Made by a program: the position numbers and the translations under genes. The notes under the pieces are model-generated. The model worked only from the letters and a program-made list of their open reading frames with translations. It ran no database searches and was not told where the DNA came from. A stretch of DNA of 64,000 nt from Eledone cirrhosa (Eukaryota): the NCBI GenBank assembly GCA_964016885.1, contig OZ024740.1:312604001-312668000 (forward strand), given 5' to 3'. Every line of letters starts with the position of its first letter. Position 1 is the first letter of the stretch. Shown here one piece after another: positions 1 through 10,659 of the stretch.

Positions 1-361
1 TGACCCTCGTAGATGAATCCCATCATCATCATCTCTTTATGTATGTACACTTTTCCATGCTGGTATGGGTTGTGTTAATGATTTTATCACAATATTTTGT
101 GTGGGAATGTTTACTTATATTGTGAGTGTGTTTGGTACACTATTTGTGTGTATGTTAGATTATCTGTTTTGTTTATGTATCTGCTTGTGTTTGGACATTG
201 TGTATGTGTTAATATATCTATGTTATCTTTGTGGATCTGCTTGTTTGCGTGTGTGTACATTTGTGTATGTGTGAGTATATCTATGTTTTCTTTGTATATC
301 TGCTTGTGTATGTGTTTCGCTCTAGAACCAAATATCACTGTTTCTTGGTTTGTTGTTGTAG

Positions 362-492
362 CAGCTCTGATGGCAGTGATCCCCAAGTTTCATCCTCAGC
401 TCCATGTCCAGCTTCACCAGAAGATTCCAGTAAAGGCAGCAGTACTTGGTCTCATCCCTGGCCTACGACTGTGTGGCAGTGTTTCATGAAAG
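362..492 (+). CDS. HBP1: HBP1 exon (start of AXH domain); upstream exons lie outside the window
   Basis: Translates ...STWSHPWPTTVWQCFMKG, matching the HBP1 AXH start (PSTVWHCFLKG). Acceptor TAGCAG (NAGNAG, exon starts 362 or 365); donor AG|GTAACA at 493. Confidence 0.85.
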
Positions 493-678
493 GTAACAAT
501 CACTATCTATAAACACTTTTCGCTACCAACATTAACATACAAATCCCTTACATCTTTCCTTCTGTTTATTATGTTATCATTACATATTAGCATTGCCTTT
601 CCCTTTTATCAAAAAATGTTCCCTCTACTCTATAATATAGATTAGGTGAGGGTGAAGATTAATATAATGTTACATATA

Positions 679-862
679 CAAGGGTCAGTTGAAAAGTTCA
701 TAGGCTGACCAAGATACTCTCATGGGATGACTAAATGAGGTATACTTTTCAACATTGTCTATAGAAAGAAACAAAGAAGTGTTGAAATTAATACATGCAA
801 CATTTCACAGCTCTAGCATCACTACTTCATAGCCAGCCTATGAACTTTTCAGCCAACCCTTA
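679..862. mobile_element. Tc1/mariner-like MITE
   Basis: Imperfect ~30-bp terminal inverted repeats (CAAGGGTCAGTTGAAAAGTTCATAGGCTG / CAGCCTATGAACTTTTCAGCCAACCCTTA), flanked by TA on both sides. Confidence 0.7.
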
Positions 863-1582
863 TATAACCTTTATACATTGAATTTGCTGTTTTTTTTTAT
901 GTTTTAGTATTAAACATATTTGATCATTTACTCTATTTCTACTCCATATTCCTTCCTCTATTTCACAAATATTGCCATAGACCTCACACAAAAGAAACAT
1001 ATCCACAATATGTCTTATGTAGAACTGCATCTCTCTCTATAGCATGGTTCTGTGTTTCTTCATATATACACCTTATTGATCCCTTTTGTTTCTATAGACT
1101 CAGTATTACGAAAGCTCCACAATCTACCCTCACAACCATATCCCGCTGCAACTTAACTATTTGGCTGTGTTTTCCACTACCACCACAGTCATGACCTTTG
1201 ACCTCCCCTACTTTAAGTACACAAGCCTCATGTGTTTATACAGTTGCTTGATAAGCTAGAAATAGTGGCTAAATCTGCCACAAATCACACATATTATCTT
1301 GCAAAAGCTTGATTAGAGCTTCCCCCAGGTTAAACAAAAGCAACAACAACATGCTAACCTCACTCCTCTATTTTACATTGAAATGAATAATACATTTTAG
1401 AAAATCTAGTTGCTCCTCTCTGATAGAATAATTGATTTACAGAATGCAATATAGTCTACCCCATCTTCACTGACGTTGTTTTTAATTAAAAATAAAAATG
1501 TTACTTTGCTTATCCTCATGTTATTATCATTAGAAAATTAAATTGAAATATTGTTCATTCATTCTCCTTTCATGAATTTCAG

Positions 1583-1694
1583 GTGTTCAGATACAATTTC
1601 CAGAGACAAAATGGCAAACTGCTGAAGAACTTGCACGACTTGAACTTCTCTCCAAATCAGCTTCTTCTTGTGGCAAAGAAGATAACAAAGATCG
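1583..1694 (+). CDS. HBP1: HBP1 exon (AXH domain)
   Basis: TTTCAG|...CG|GTAAGT; phase-compatible with both neighbours; encodes GVQIQFPETKWQTAEELARLELLSKSASSCGKEDNKDR. Confidence 0.88.
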
Positions 1695-1722
1695 GTAAGT
1701 ATCTTAAGCTTATTTAATCTAC

Positions 1723-2212
1723 TTGACAGTTGAAGTGGTCTTACTTGAAACCTGCTAGAGATGTGAGAAATTTGACAGTTGAAGTGGGCTGACTTGAAAC
1801 CTGCTAGAGATGTGAGAAATTTGACAGTTGAAGTGGGCTTACTTGAAACCTGGTATAGATGTGAGAAATTTGACAGTTGAAGTGGTCTTACTTGAAACCT
1901 GGTATAGATGTGAGAAATTTGACAGTTGAAGTGGTCTTACTTGAAACCTGGTATAGATGTGAGAAATTTGACAGTTGAAGTGGTCTTACTTGAAACCTGG
2001 TATAGATGTGAGAAATTTGACAGTTGAAGTGGTCTTACTTGAAACCTGGTATAGATGTGAGAAATTTGACAGTTGAAGTGGTCTAACTTGAAACCTGGTA
2101 TAGATGTGAGAAATTTGACAGTTGAAGTGGTCTTACTTGAAACCTGGTATAGATGTGAGAAATTTGACAGTTGAAGTGGTCTTACTTGAAACCTGCTAGA
2201 GATGAGAGAAAT
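1723..2212. repeat. 49-bp minisatellite, ~10 copies
   Basis: Unit TTGACAGTTGAAGTGGTCTTACTTGAAACCTGGTATAGATGTGAGAAAT repeated head-to-tail with no spacers. Confidence 0.97.
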
Positions 2213-2762
2213 TCTTATGAGAAATTATGTTATTTAGGATGGTTAAGTTACTCTCTTGGACATGTTACTTTCCTATTTAAAGATGATTGAAGACGAAAAA
2301 AATTGGAAGAAATAAACAGTTTATTTGATGTTTAGTAACTTCAATTTCTTCAACTCCAAAAGAATACTGATGTTGTCAACTTATCACAAAGTTTAAATTT
2401 AGAAGAGAAACTAGCATTATATTAATTTTGATATAAATATGTTTTCTTTTTTTCTGGATTAGATGTCCTGGTAGTGTAGAAATGTATCTGAGTGTAATGT
2501 TTTTTTCACAACTGCTGAAAAGTCGCCACGACTGTAGTTTTACTGTGTTTGGTTTAATGAAAGGTAGATGGCTACTTGTCAGCATTCCTGTCTCAAATGC
2601 CAGTAGAATATGTTTTAATGATGGTTATTAGTTAGTGACTTTACTTAAAGGAAGGAAATGCTGAACCAACAATAACTATTAAAGATGAGCTTTTCATACC
2701 TAAGTATTCTTTTCTTATCTGATATAATTAATATTTTGTTTCATTGCCTTTCTTCTGTTTAG

Positions 2763-2932
2763 GTATGCTGCAAAAGGCTTACGTCTTGTTCGTATGACTA
2801 AAATATATGATAGAAAAGATGCTGAGAGCAACACATGGCATTTGAACTTGAAAATGTCGCCAGATATTGACTCCCAGTCTTCATTATTGGCTAAATGTGC
2901 ACTAGATCATCCATTTTTTGTACTGGAGAAAG
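2763..2932 (+). CDS. HBP1: HBP1 exon (AXH domain)
   Basis: TTTAG|...AAAG|GTAAAT; encodes YAAKGLRLV...AKCALDHPFFVLEKG (AXH signature C-x-LDHPF-x-V). Confidence 0.93.
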
Positions 2933-3250
2933 GTAAATTCTTTTTCATTTCTGTTCAATCTTTGATTATAGCTTTGTGTATGTAGTTTTCATTCAGGTTA
3001 ATTGCTGAATATCTGGCAAGGACATTAAATGTTGTTGACAACGATGTTGATGATGAAGTGTGCTATTGCATGGTAGTTTATAATGGTATATATATATATA
3101 TATAACAAAGGAAATGTGGAAGGAACCAGATGGACCATAACGCACCAAAGTACTCAATACTTAGGGTAGTAGAGTGGGTAATAGGAACAAGTATGACTCC
3201 GACGGCAGAGCTCAAGTTGTTTCAACAGCTAATTCTAGAGTCCAGAATTC

Positions 3251-4692
3251 ATCATCATCATCATCACCGTTTTATGTCCGTTCTTCCACGCTAGCATGGG
3301 TTAGACGGGTTGTCCTGTTGTGGGCAGTGTCTGGTCGGCTGACCATGCCTTGCTCATACAGGAACCGATTTGGCTTGATTTCTACAGCTGGATGCCCTTC
3401 CTAACACCAACCTCATTTACAGTGAGTGCTGGGTGCTTTTTCGTGGCGCCTACACGTCCACTTTACAGTGTGGGCTGGGTGCTTTTTTGCCGTGGCACCT
3501 CCACGACCACCTTGCAGTTGGAGGGTGTGGGGGCATATTGTCTATATGCTTCAGCTTGTACCCATGGGAGGTCGGGTACTCTGTATTACTGCGTGAAGCC
3601 AGAGGTCACGGTCGTGAGGTGTAATTGGGTAAGGTCGGCTTTTATCACCTCAGCCCAGGTCATCTTGGGCCTCCCCACTCCACAGTTTCCATCGACTTCT
3701 AGTGCTCTGCACCTTTTTATGCAGCTGTCATCCTTCATACGCATCACATGTCCATACCAACGCAACCACTTCTCCTGCACACAGCATTTGATTCCTCTTA
3801 TGCTCAGTCTCTCTCTCAATTCATTTATGCTTTGTCGTTCGCGTATATTACTATTACACATCCATCGGAGCATGCAGGCTTCGTTTCTCTCTAATCTACG
3901 TAAGTCTTCCACCTTCAGCGCCCAGGTCTCACTGCCATGTAACATTGCTGTTCGGATACACGCATCATACAGTCTGCCTTTCATTTTGAGGGAAAAGCCT
4001 TTTGCAGCTAGCAGTGGCAGTAGTTCCCTGAACTTTTTCCATCCCGTTCTTACCCTAGTTATTGTACTTTCTGAACACCCACCTCCGCTGCTAATTTGGT
4101 CACCTAGGTAGCAGAAGCTATCTACTGTCTCTACAGAGCCCTCCCAGAGATTGGTGGTACTTGTTTCCTGTGGCTGTTTGCTGCTTGCTGTCCCAGTACA
4201 GCTGCTGCATGTGAAGCCTACATTCTTAATTAAGCTTCCTGAGATCCCGCTACATCTCTTGTGTACCCATTGTTTGCATTTGGGGCAGAGAATGGAGTTC
4301 CTACCTACACCTTTCCTACATACTGAGCAAGGCCATTTCCCTGAGGGGATCTGGGTTCTGTTTTCTCGTCTACTTACAAGGACCTTAGTCTTTGTCATGT
4401 TGACTTTGAGACCCTTTCTTTCTAGTCCCTGCTTCCAAGTTTGGAATTTCTTCTCTAGTTCTACCATAGATTCAGCTATAAGTGCGAGGTCATCAGCATA
4501 CAGGAGTTCCCATGGGCATCCGGTCTTAAACTCCTCCATTATTGCCTGCAGGACTATGATGAACAGGAGAGTGCTAAGAACAGAGCCCTGGTGGACACCA
4601 ACCTGTATGCTAAATTCCTCGCTATACTCATTGCTAATCCTAACTTTGCTGACTGCTCCCCTATACATGGCTTGTACAGCTTTCACAAGCTG
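3251..4692 (-). mobile_element. 5'-truncated RTE-clade LINE (RT C-terminal half with PHD insert, 3' UTR, (GAT)n tail)
   Basis: ORF 3586-4686 has QGSVLS, LYADDL and FCYLG; homologous to the 10.7-kb element; (CAT)n tail at ~3251. Confidence 0.93.
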
Positions 4693-4721
4693 TAATTAGC
4701 CGTCGGGGTCATAATTGTTCC

Positions 4722-4779
<58 letters not shown>

Positions 4780-5135
4780 TAATAATACAAGGACGATTTG
4801 TTAAGCCTTCATTATGTTTATTGATTGGTGATGCGTGTTTCGCTATTGATCAGCTCAAGGTTTGATCTGTATCGATCTGGCCCAACTCCGGAATCAAAAT
4901 ATAAAATACTCACCTGGGTGAACCTACAGTAACTTCACGTTACACTCCCTGGATATATATATATATATATAAAAGAAATAGGATTTCTCTTCAAGCATAG
5001 CTTTATACAATATGTATAAATATTTCGTATCTCCAATATATATATATCTAACAAATGCTTGCATGGAAGATGGACGTTTAATCGATGATGATGATGATAT
5101 ATATATATATATATATAAATAGAATATCGGTGCAC

Positions 5136-5613
5136 AATACAGTCAGTAGGCATCTCTATCAAAACACACCCCCGTCCCACCACCTCCACACCGCCCCTTC
5201 AATGTAAAGTTATGTTGGTCCCACAACATCCAGGCCGAAACAAATGAGATCGTGTAGGTGTCACGACAAAAAACACACAGTCCACGCTGTAAATGTGGCC
5301 ATGTAGGCAACACGATAAAAACCTCCCAGCCCCACACTGTAAATGTGGTTGGTGTTAGGAAGGGCATCCAGCTGTAGAAAACCTGCCAGACAGTCCACGC
5401 TGTAATGTGGCCGTGTAGGCAACACGGTAAAAACCTCCCAGCCCCACACTGTAAATGTGGTTGGTGTTAGGAAGGGCATCCAACTGTAGAAAACCCGCCA
5501 GACAGTCCTATGCGAGCAAGACAACCACTCTTGCCTCAAGTGGGAAAACCCCCGTCCAAACCCATGCAAGCGTGGAACACGGACGCTAAACCTGATGATG
5601 ATGATGAATACAG
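5136..5613 (+). mobile_element. RTE LINE 3' UTR-only insertion
   Basis: Near-identical to 13828-14312, including the internal ~113-bp duplication; (GAT)n tail; candidate TSD AATACAG (5136-5142 / 5607-5613). Confidence 0.9.
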
Positions 5614-5881
5614 AGTATTGGTCTACCTGAAACTATGATAGAATTATTTGTATAAGGTTCCGTGCAATGGAAGTTAACCCAAAAGCACATGGTTGCTTAA
5701 TGAACCACACAGTTGTATCTGTGCCATCATCATCAACATCGTTTTTACGTCCACTTTTCCTTGGTTGCATGGGTTGGACCTCTTACAATATCTGATTCAT
5801 TGTTTTACTTTTTCACTCTTCAAGGACTGATTTTGCCTTTTATCCCTGCAAAGCCATTAAAATAAATATCAATAATATACT

Positions 5882-6135
5882 GGAGGTATAATGGCCTAGT
5901 GGTAAGGGTGTTGGACTGGGTTCAATTCCTGGACTAGGTTATTTGTTGTGTTCTTGAGCAAAACACTTCATTTCATGTTGCTCCAGTATACTCAGCTGAA
6001 AACAAGTACCAGCAATAGTTAGGGGTTTACACCTGTGATGGACTGACGTTCTGTCCGGGGGTAGAGTCTTGTACTCTCAGTTGCTTCACGCCACAGAAAC
6101 TGGGATAAGCATCAGCCTGATGAACTTCTGGCTTA
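5882..6135 (+). mobile_element. tRNA-derived SINE with CORE/Meta-like central domain (degenerate)
   Basis: A box TGGCCTAGTGG, B box GGTTCAATTCC, then GTTGTGTTCTTGAGCAAAACACTT. Confidence 0.75.
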
Positions 6136-6361
6136 AGACACACTTTAGACTTTTTTTTTTTAGGTATATTCTGTTGATTACATAATTTCTCTTTTAATAT
6201 CTGTGAAAAAGACAATTTTTGTTATACTGTTACATCTCTGTGTCAGATCTATTTTCTCATTCTCTCTCTCTCACTCTCTCAATTCCAGGATGGTCTGTTA
6301 CATTTCTATATCAGATCTATTTTCTCATTTGATCATCTCTCTCTTTCTCTCTTAATTCCAG

Positions 6362-6503
6362 GATGGTCATCTTATACACCTGCTGTAACAGTGGAACATT
6401 ATGGTATCCCTTGTCGGAAACTGGAAGAAGATGATATCTGTTTGCCTCCATTACACCATGATGCCACTTATACCCATGAAGTGTTTGAAACTCTCCAGCA
6501 AAG
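6362..6503 (+). CDS. HBP1: HBP1 exon (end of AXH domain)
   Basis: TTCCAG|GA TGG...; encodes GWSSYTPAVTVEHYGIPCRKLEEDDICLPPLHHDA (HBP1 GWSS..P..TV..HGIPC....GDVCLPP); donor AAG|GTCTG. Confidence 0.93.
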
Positions 6504-7328
6504 GTCTGCTTTCTTGTGTATTACTTGCCCCAACTCCTGTGTGCCCCCCCCCCCCCCCTTTTTTTTTTGCTTTTATTAAACATTTTAATATTTTTTGTAA
6601 ATCATTTTCATTTTTAAAGTAATTTTTAGTCATTGTTTATTTATTTTCGTTGTTATCCTGTTTGTATGTCACTGTGTAGATAATAGTAAAGAAAGTGGCA
6701 TATGAGGTGAAGTTAGACCAAACAAAGGTTTAGAATCAGGTTGTACCCTAGATCTGAGTTACTAAGGAGTCAGTTAGAGGTTGACACAGAATCAGGGTGT
6801 AAATAAAGGGATTGTATTGTTGAGCCATCCAACTTATTGTGACATAGAAAAAATAAGGGTCACAGAAATATAATATCTTGCCAACTGAAAAGACATAAGG
6901 AGTACTAAACCCTTCACATTGTCAGAAGTACTCAAATGATTATTAGTCATTAAGAGACAAGATGTTTTCAGTTTTAATTGTCTTATGTAAAAATGTATAT
7001 TTTTAGGTTGTGTATCTTGGTTTTTAGAATAGGTATACCATATCCCTACACGTTGTAAGAGGTGACTAAAAGGGTTTGTCTGAGGAAGGGCATCCACCAG
7101 CTCTAAAACATTGTTCAAAATCATCCCATCCAAACCCATGCCAGCATTGGAGATGTATACATAAAAATGAATATTGTTACTGATATTTTTATGAAGTATT
7201 TCTTTAACCACAAACTTTTAACATTTCCCCTATGTATAATGAAACGTGACTATGAAAACATTTAGTCTAAATATAGAGGGAGTTTTTGAGGTGAAATGAG
7301 GGCCTATGTTTGGCAATTGGAGAAACTC

Positions 7329-7420
7329 AATTTTCATTGTAAACTGTGTTGTAGCTAAATTTTCATTGTAAACTGTGTTGTAGCTAAATTTTCATTGTAA
7401 ACTGTGTTGTAGCTAAATTT
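7329..7420. repeat. 29-bp tandem repeat x3
   Basis: AATTTTCATTGTAAACTGTGTTGTAGCTA repeated three times just upstream of an acceptor site. Confidence 0.9.
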
Positions 7421-7457
7421 TAAGTTTAATCTAATATTCAATTATTTCTAATTGCAG

Positions 7458-7515
7458 TTTTGACTTTACACCATCTGATTCTTCTGCAGTTCTAGCACTC
7501 AGCAATATGGCTAAA
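7458..7515 (+). CDS. HBP1: HBP1 short exon
   Basis: TTGCAG|...AAA|GTAAGT; encodes SFDFTPSDSSAVLALSNMAK (HBP1 SYDFTPMDSSAVYVLSSMAR). Confidence 0.92.
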
Positions 7516-7589
7516 GTAAGTTCATTGGTTTGTCGTCTTCATTTAAAAGCATAGTAGCTGGTTAGAGAACTATTCATAATATTGGATAA

Positions 7590-7745
7590 GGCAACGAATT
7601 GGCAGTCATTAGAACATCAGATAGAATGTTTTGCGGTATTTGTTTTGGCTCTCTGCTCTCTGAGTTCAAATCCTGCCACTTCAACTTTGCCTTTAATCCA
7701 TTCATGTTTGATTAAAAAAAAAAATACCAGTCTACTACTGGGGTT
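7590..7745 (+). mobile_element. Degenerate Nin-domain-like tRNA SINE
   Basis: TTGGCAG...GAGTTCAAATCCTGCC...ACTTTGCCTTT...TACCAGT; same family as 25864-26350. Confidence 0.65.
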
Positions 7746-8269
7746 GATTCTTCCTCTATATCTCTTTCTCACTTCTATTCTCTCACTCCCTATCGTTTTC
7801 TGGAAGAAATGCTGTATTCAGATCTGGAGTGGAGATGGGCTTCACTAGGTTTTAAAAATGCCCTAGAAACGCTGTATGTCAATACAACACCCCTACAACT
7901 CTCTCAGGAGTTATAGGGCCATGCATACATAATAATGGTTAGAGAAATAATCAGATCACTAATCACAGAACTTATTGTAGCATTGTTTATAAAACTAGCC
8001 CCACTTAACATTTACATATTTGCTGTTTAAGTACTGGTGAAGTAAACCAACCATCAGTGGATTATATGTGAGTTGTAAATCAAGTGTAGTATGTATTAAA
8101 TAATCAAAATACTTAGCTAGTAAACTTGGCTACTCTCTAGTTTCAAACATTGTTGCTGTCTTAGTTTTTATCTTTTCCCTTTTTTGGTGTGTGTATAAGG
8201 GAAGGGCTTAAAGTTATATTTTCTTGAATGTTTCTCATTAAGAAATTAATGAATGCTTCAGCATTCAGA

Positions 8270-8772
8270 ATAAAGAAGGTAGGCATAAAATCTAAACTCG
8301 CTATCTTCAATTCAGTATTCGTGCCAACCCTTACCTATGGTCATGAATCTTGGGTACTGACCAAAAGAATACAATTGCAAATACAAGCGACTGAAATGGG
8401 GTTCCTCTGAAGGGTCTTTGGAGTAATGTAGCTCGGAGTAGCGTAGCTCAGAGATCAGAGAGTCACTCCAGGTAGAGCCACTACTTCTCTGAATTGAGAG
8501 ATCACAGCTCCGATACTATGGGCATGTGGTTAGAATGTCTCAGGAAAGCATTGCTGGACAGATTTTACTGGCAAAGCCAACTGGCAGGAGACCCAGGAGT
8601 AGACCCCAAGCAAGATGGTTGGATAACATCCATGAGCTTGGCTGGTCTCACTTGGGGATCCAGCCAGATCAATTGGAGACGGTTGTTTCTGACAGGACCC
8701 GCTCGAAGGAGTGTTTAAGGACTCTGCCCCCACGACCCTCTCAGGAGTAAGTGGAAGATGAAGAAGAAGAAG
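8270..8772 (+). mobile_element. Decayed 3' fragment of a second RTE-clade (Rex3/Expander-like) LINE
   Basis: Broken frames encode KLAIFNSVFVPTLTYGHESW, YYGHVVRM and GRRPRSRPQARWLD; (GAA)n tail. Confidence 0.8.
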
Positions 8773-8837
8773 GAAAAATTATTTCATTTATTTTTTATTT
8801 GCCTTACTCTTTTGACAATTTTAATTTCCATTCACAG

Positions 8838-8989
8838 CAACGTCGAGATCTTGAAGAAAATCAAGCTAAAAAACAGAGTGTTGTCAAAACTGACACCTTA
8901 AAAGCCAAACGACCTATGAATGGATTTATGCTTTTTGCTAAAAAAAATCGATTAGAATATACCCAAATGTACCCTGGGAGAGATAACAG
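8838..8989 (+). CDS. HBP1: HBP1 exon (first half of HMG box)
   Basis: TTCACAG|CAA...AACAG|GTAT; encodes KRPMNGFMLFAKKNRLEYTQMYPGRDNR, nearly identical to the HBP1 HMG box. Confidence 0.95.
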
Positions 8990-9393
8990 GTATAAACAAT
9001 TGTTTATTTATTTTTTTTTTTATCACTAGCATAAAACCTACCTTTATTAATCTTAGACTTTCATGTATAATTCAGCAGCATCATCATCATCATCATCGTT
9101 TAACATCCATCTTCCACGCTAGCATGGGTTAGATGGTTTTGTTCCATTTGATGCGGGAATGGTTGGGAGACCATGTCTCTCTCACACAGAAGCGTCTCTG
9201 GCACGTTTTTTACAGCTGGACGCTCTTCCTAACACCAACCACATTTACAGAATTATAGAATAAATTATCATATGAGGTAACTAAAAGGATCAGTGCCATG
9301 AAAGATGTGCACCTGTAAAATATTGTCATAAACCATTTGGCCCAAACATATGTCAGCATAGAAAAGTGGACATAAAACGATGTTGATGATTAA

Positions 9394-10340
9394 GGAATGC
9401 CACAGTACTAAAGTACGCAGACGACATCAAGCTGTACCTTGAGATAAAAAGGACAGATCCTGAACACTATAGATCTTGCTTGCAGTCTGACCTGGACACA
9501 ATGCAACAGTGGATCTCAGACTGGCAACTCAAGCTAGCTGTGGACAAGTGCACCACCATGCATTTTGGGAGTAAAAACCCAGCGTCCACATACTCCCTCC
9601 ACAGCACTAATATCAAGAAGTCTTCCTGTGAACGTGACCTGGGCATTACGGTCAGCAGCGATTTGCGTTGGACGAGGCACGTCTCTAAAATTGTCAAGAG
9701 GGCCGAGGGTGTCTTAGCATCACTCAGCAAGACCTTTGTCAGCCGCTCTCCAGATATCTATTTAAGGCTGTATACAGCTATGGTGCGACCACACTTAGAA
9801 TTTGCATCACCAGTCTGGAACCCCTATCTTGCTCAGGACATTGACCGCCTGGAAACTGTTCAGAGACGTGCAACCAAGCGAATACGCTCCATCAGGCATC
9901 TACCATACTCTGAGCGCCTTGCTTCCCTGGGCATGGATACATTGAAGCTCCGACGCCTGACAACTGACTTGGTGAACACCCACAAAATTGTTAACCATGT
10001 TGCCAACAACAACCCTGAGTACCTTTTCGATTTCCATGTGTCTAACACACGTGGACATGCCCACAAAGTAAGAAAACAGCACAGTTCCCATGACTTTCGG
10101 AAACATTTTTTCACGCTCAGAGTTGCTGAAGCATGGAACAAACTACCTGCATCAGTTGTTAGCTGTCGAGACACTGCATCCTTTAAGGCCTCCATGCTTC
10201 CCGAGATCCGCCAACAGAACAGCTAACACATACACACATGTACTTCCCTGACATTTGTGTATTATTCTATGTACCATATTGACGATTTGTAGTGCACCTG
10301 AGCACTTTACACAATAATTTCATTATTATATAATTATTGT
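9394..10340 (+). mobile_element. 5'-truncated CR1/L2-group LINE
   Basis: KYADDIKLY...LQSDLD...W...WQL...KC, ERDLG, LY.AMVRPHLEF..PVWNPY, TRGH and FFTLRV..WNKLP motifs in one open frame; short ATT-rich tail. Confidence 0.9.
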
Positions 10341-10659
10341 TGCTATTGTTTTAGTTGTTGTTAGCTGTTGTTGTTAGCAGTTGTTGTTGTTAGCAGTTGT
10401 TGTTGTTAGCTGTTGTTGTTGTTAGCTGTTATCATTTGCTGCAGCAGCAGCAGTAGTAGTGGTGGCGTTGTCCAGTTAGTCTTGCTCCATCAGAAATATA
10501 ACATGAATGTAACTATGTTATAATGTTTAGTAGTTGTCCACTAATGCAGCAACATACCATATAATGTCAATGTTATGTTTCTGTCTGGTCTCTGGGCATG
10601 TTAAGCTAGGTTATGTGGTCTCTGGGTATATTAAACTAGGTTGTGTGGTTGGATAGTGT

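Noticed and set aside
3320-4699. Plus-strand ORFs of 263 and 182 aa (and minus-strand ORFs within 10.9-13.5 kb)
   Set aside because: They are antisense shadows of the RTE coding frame with no recognisable motifs.
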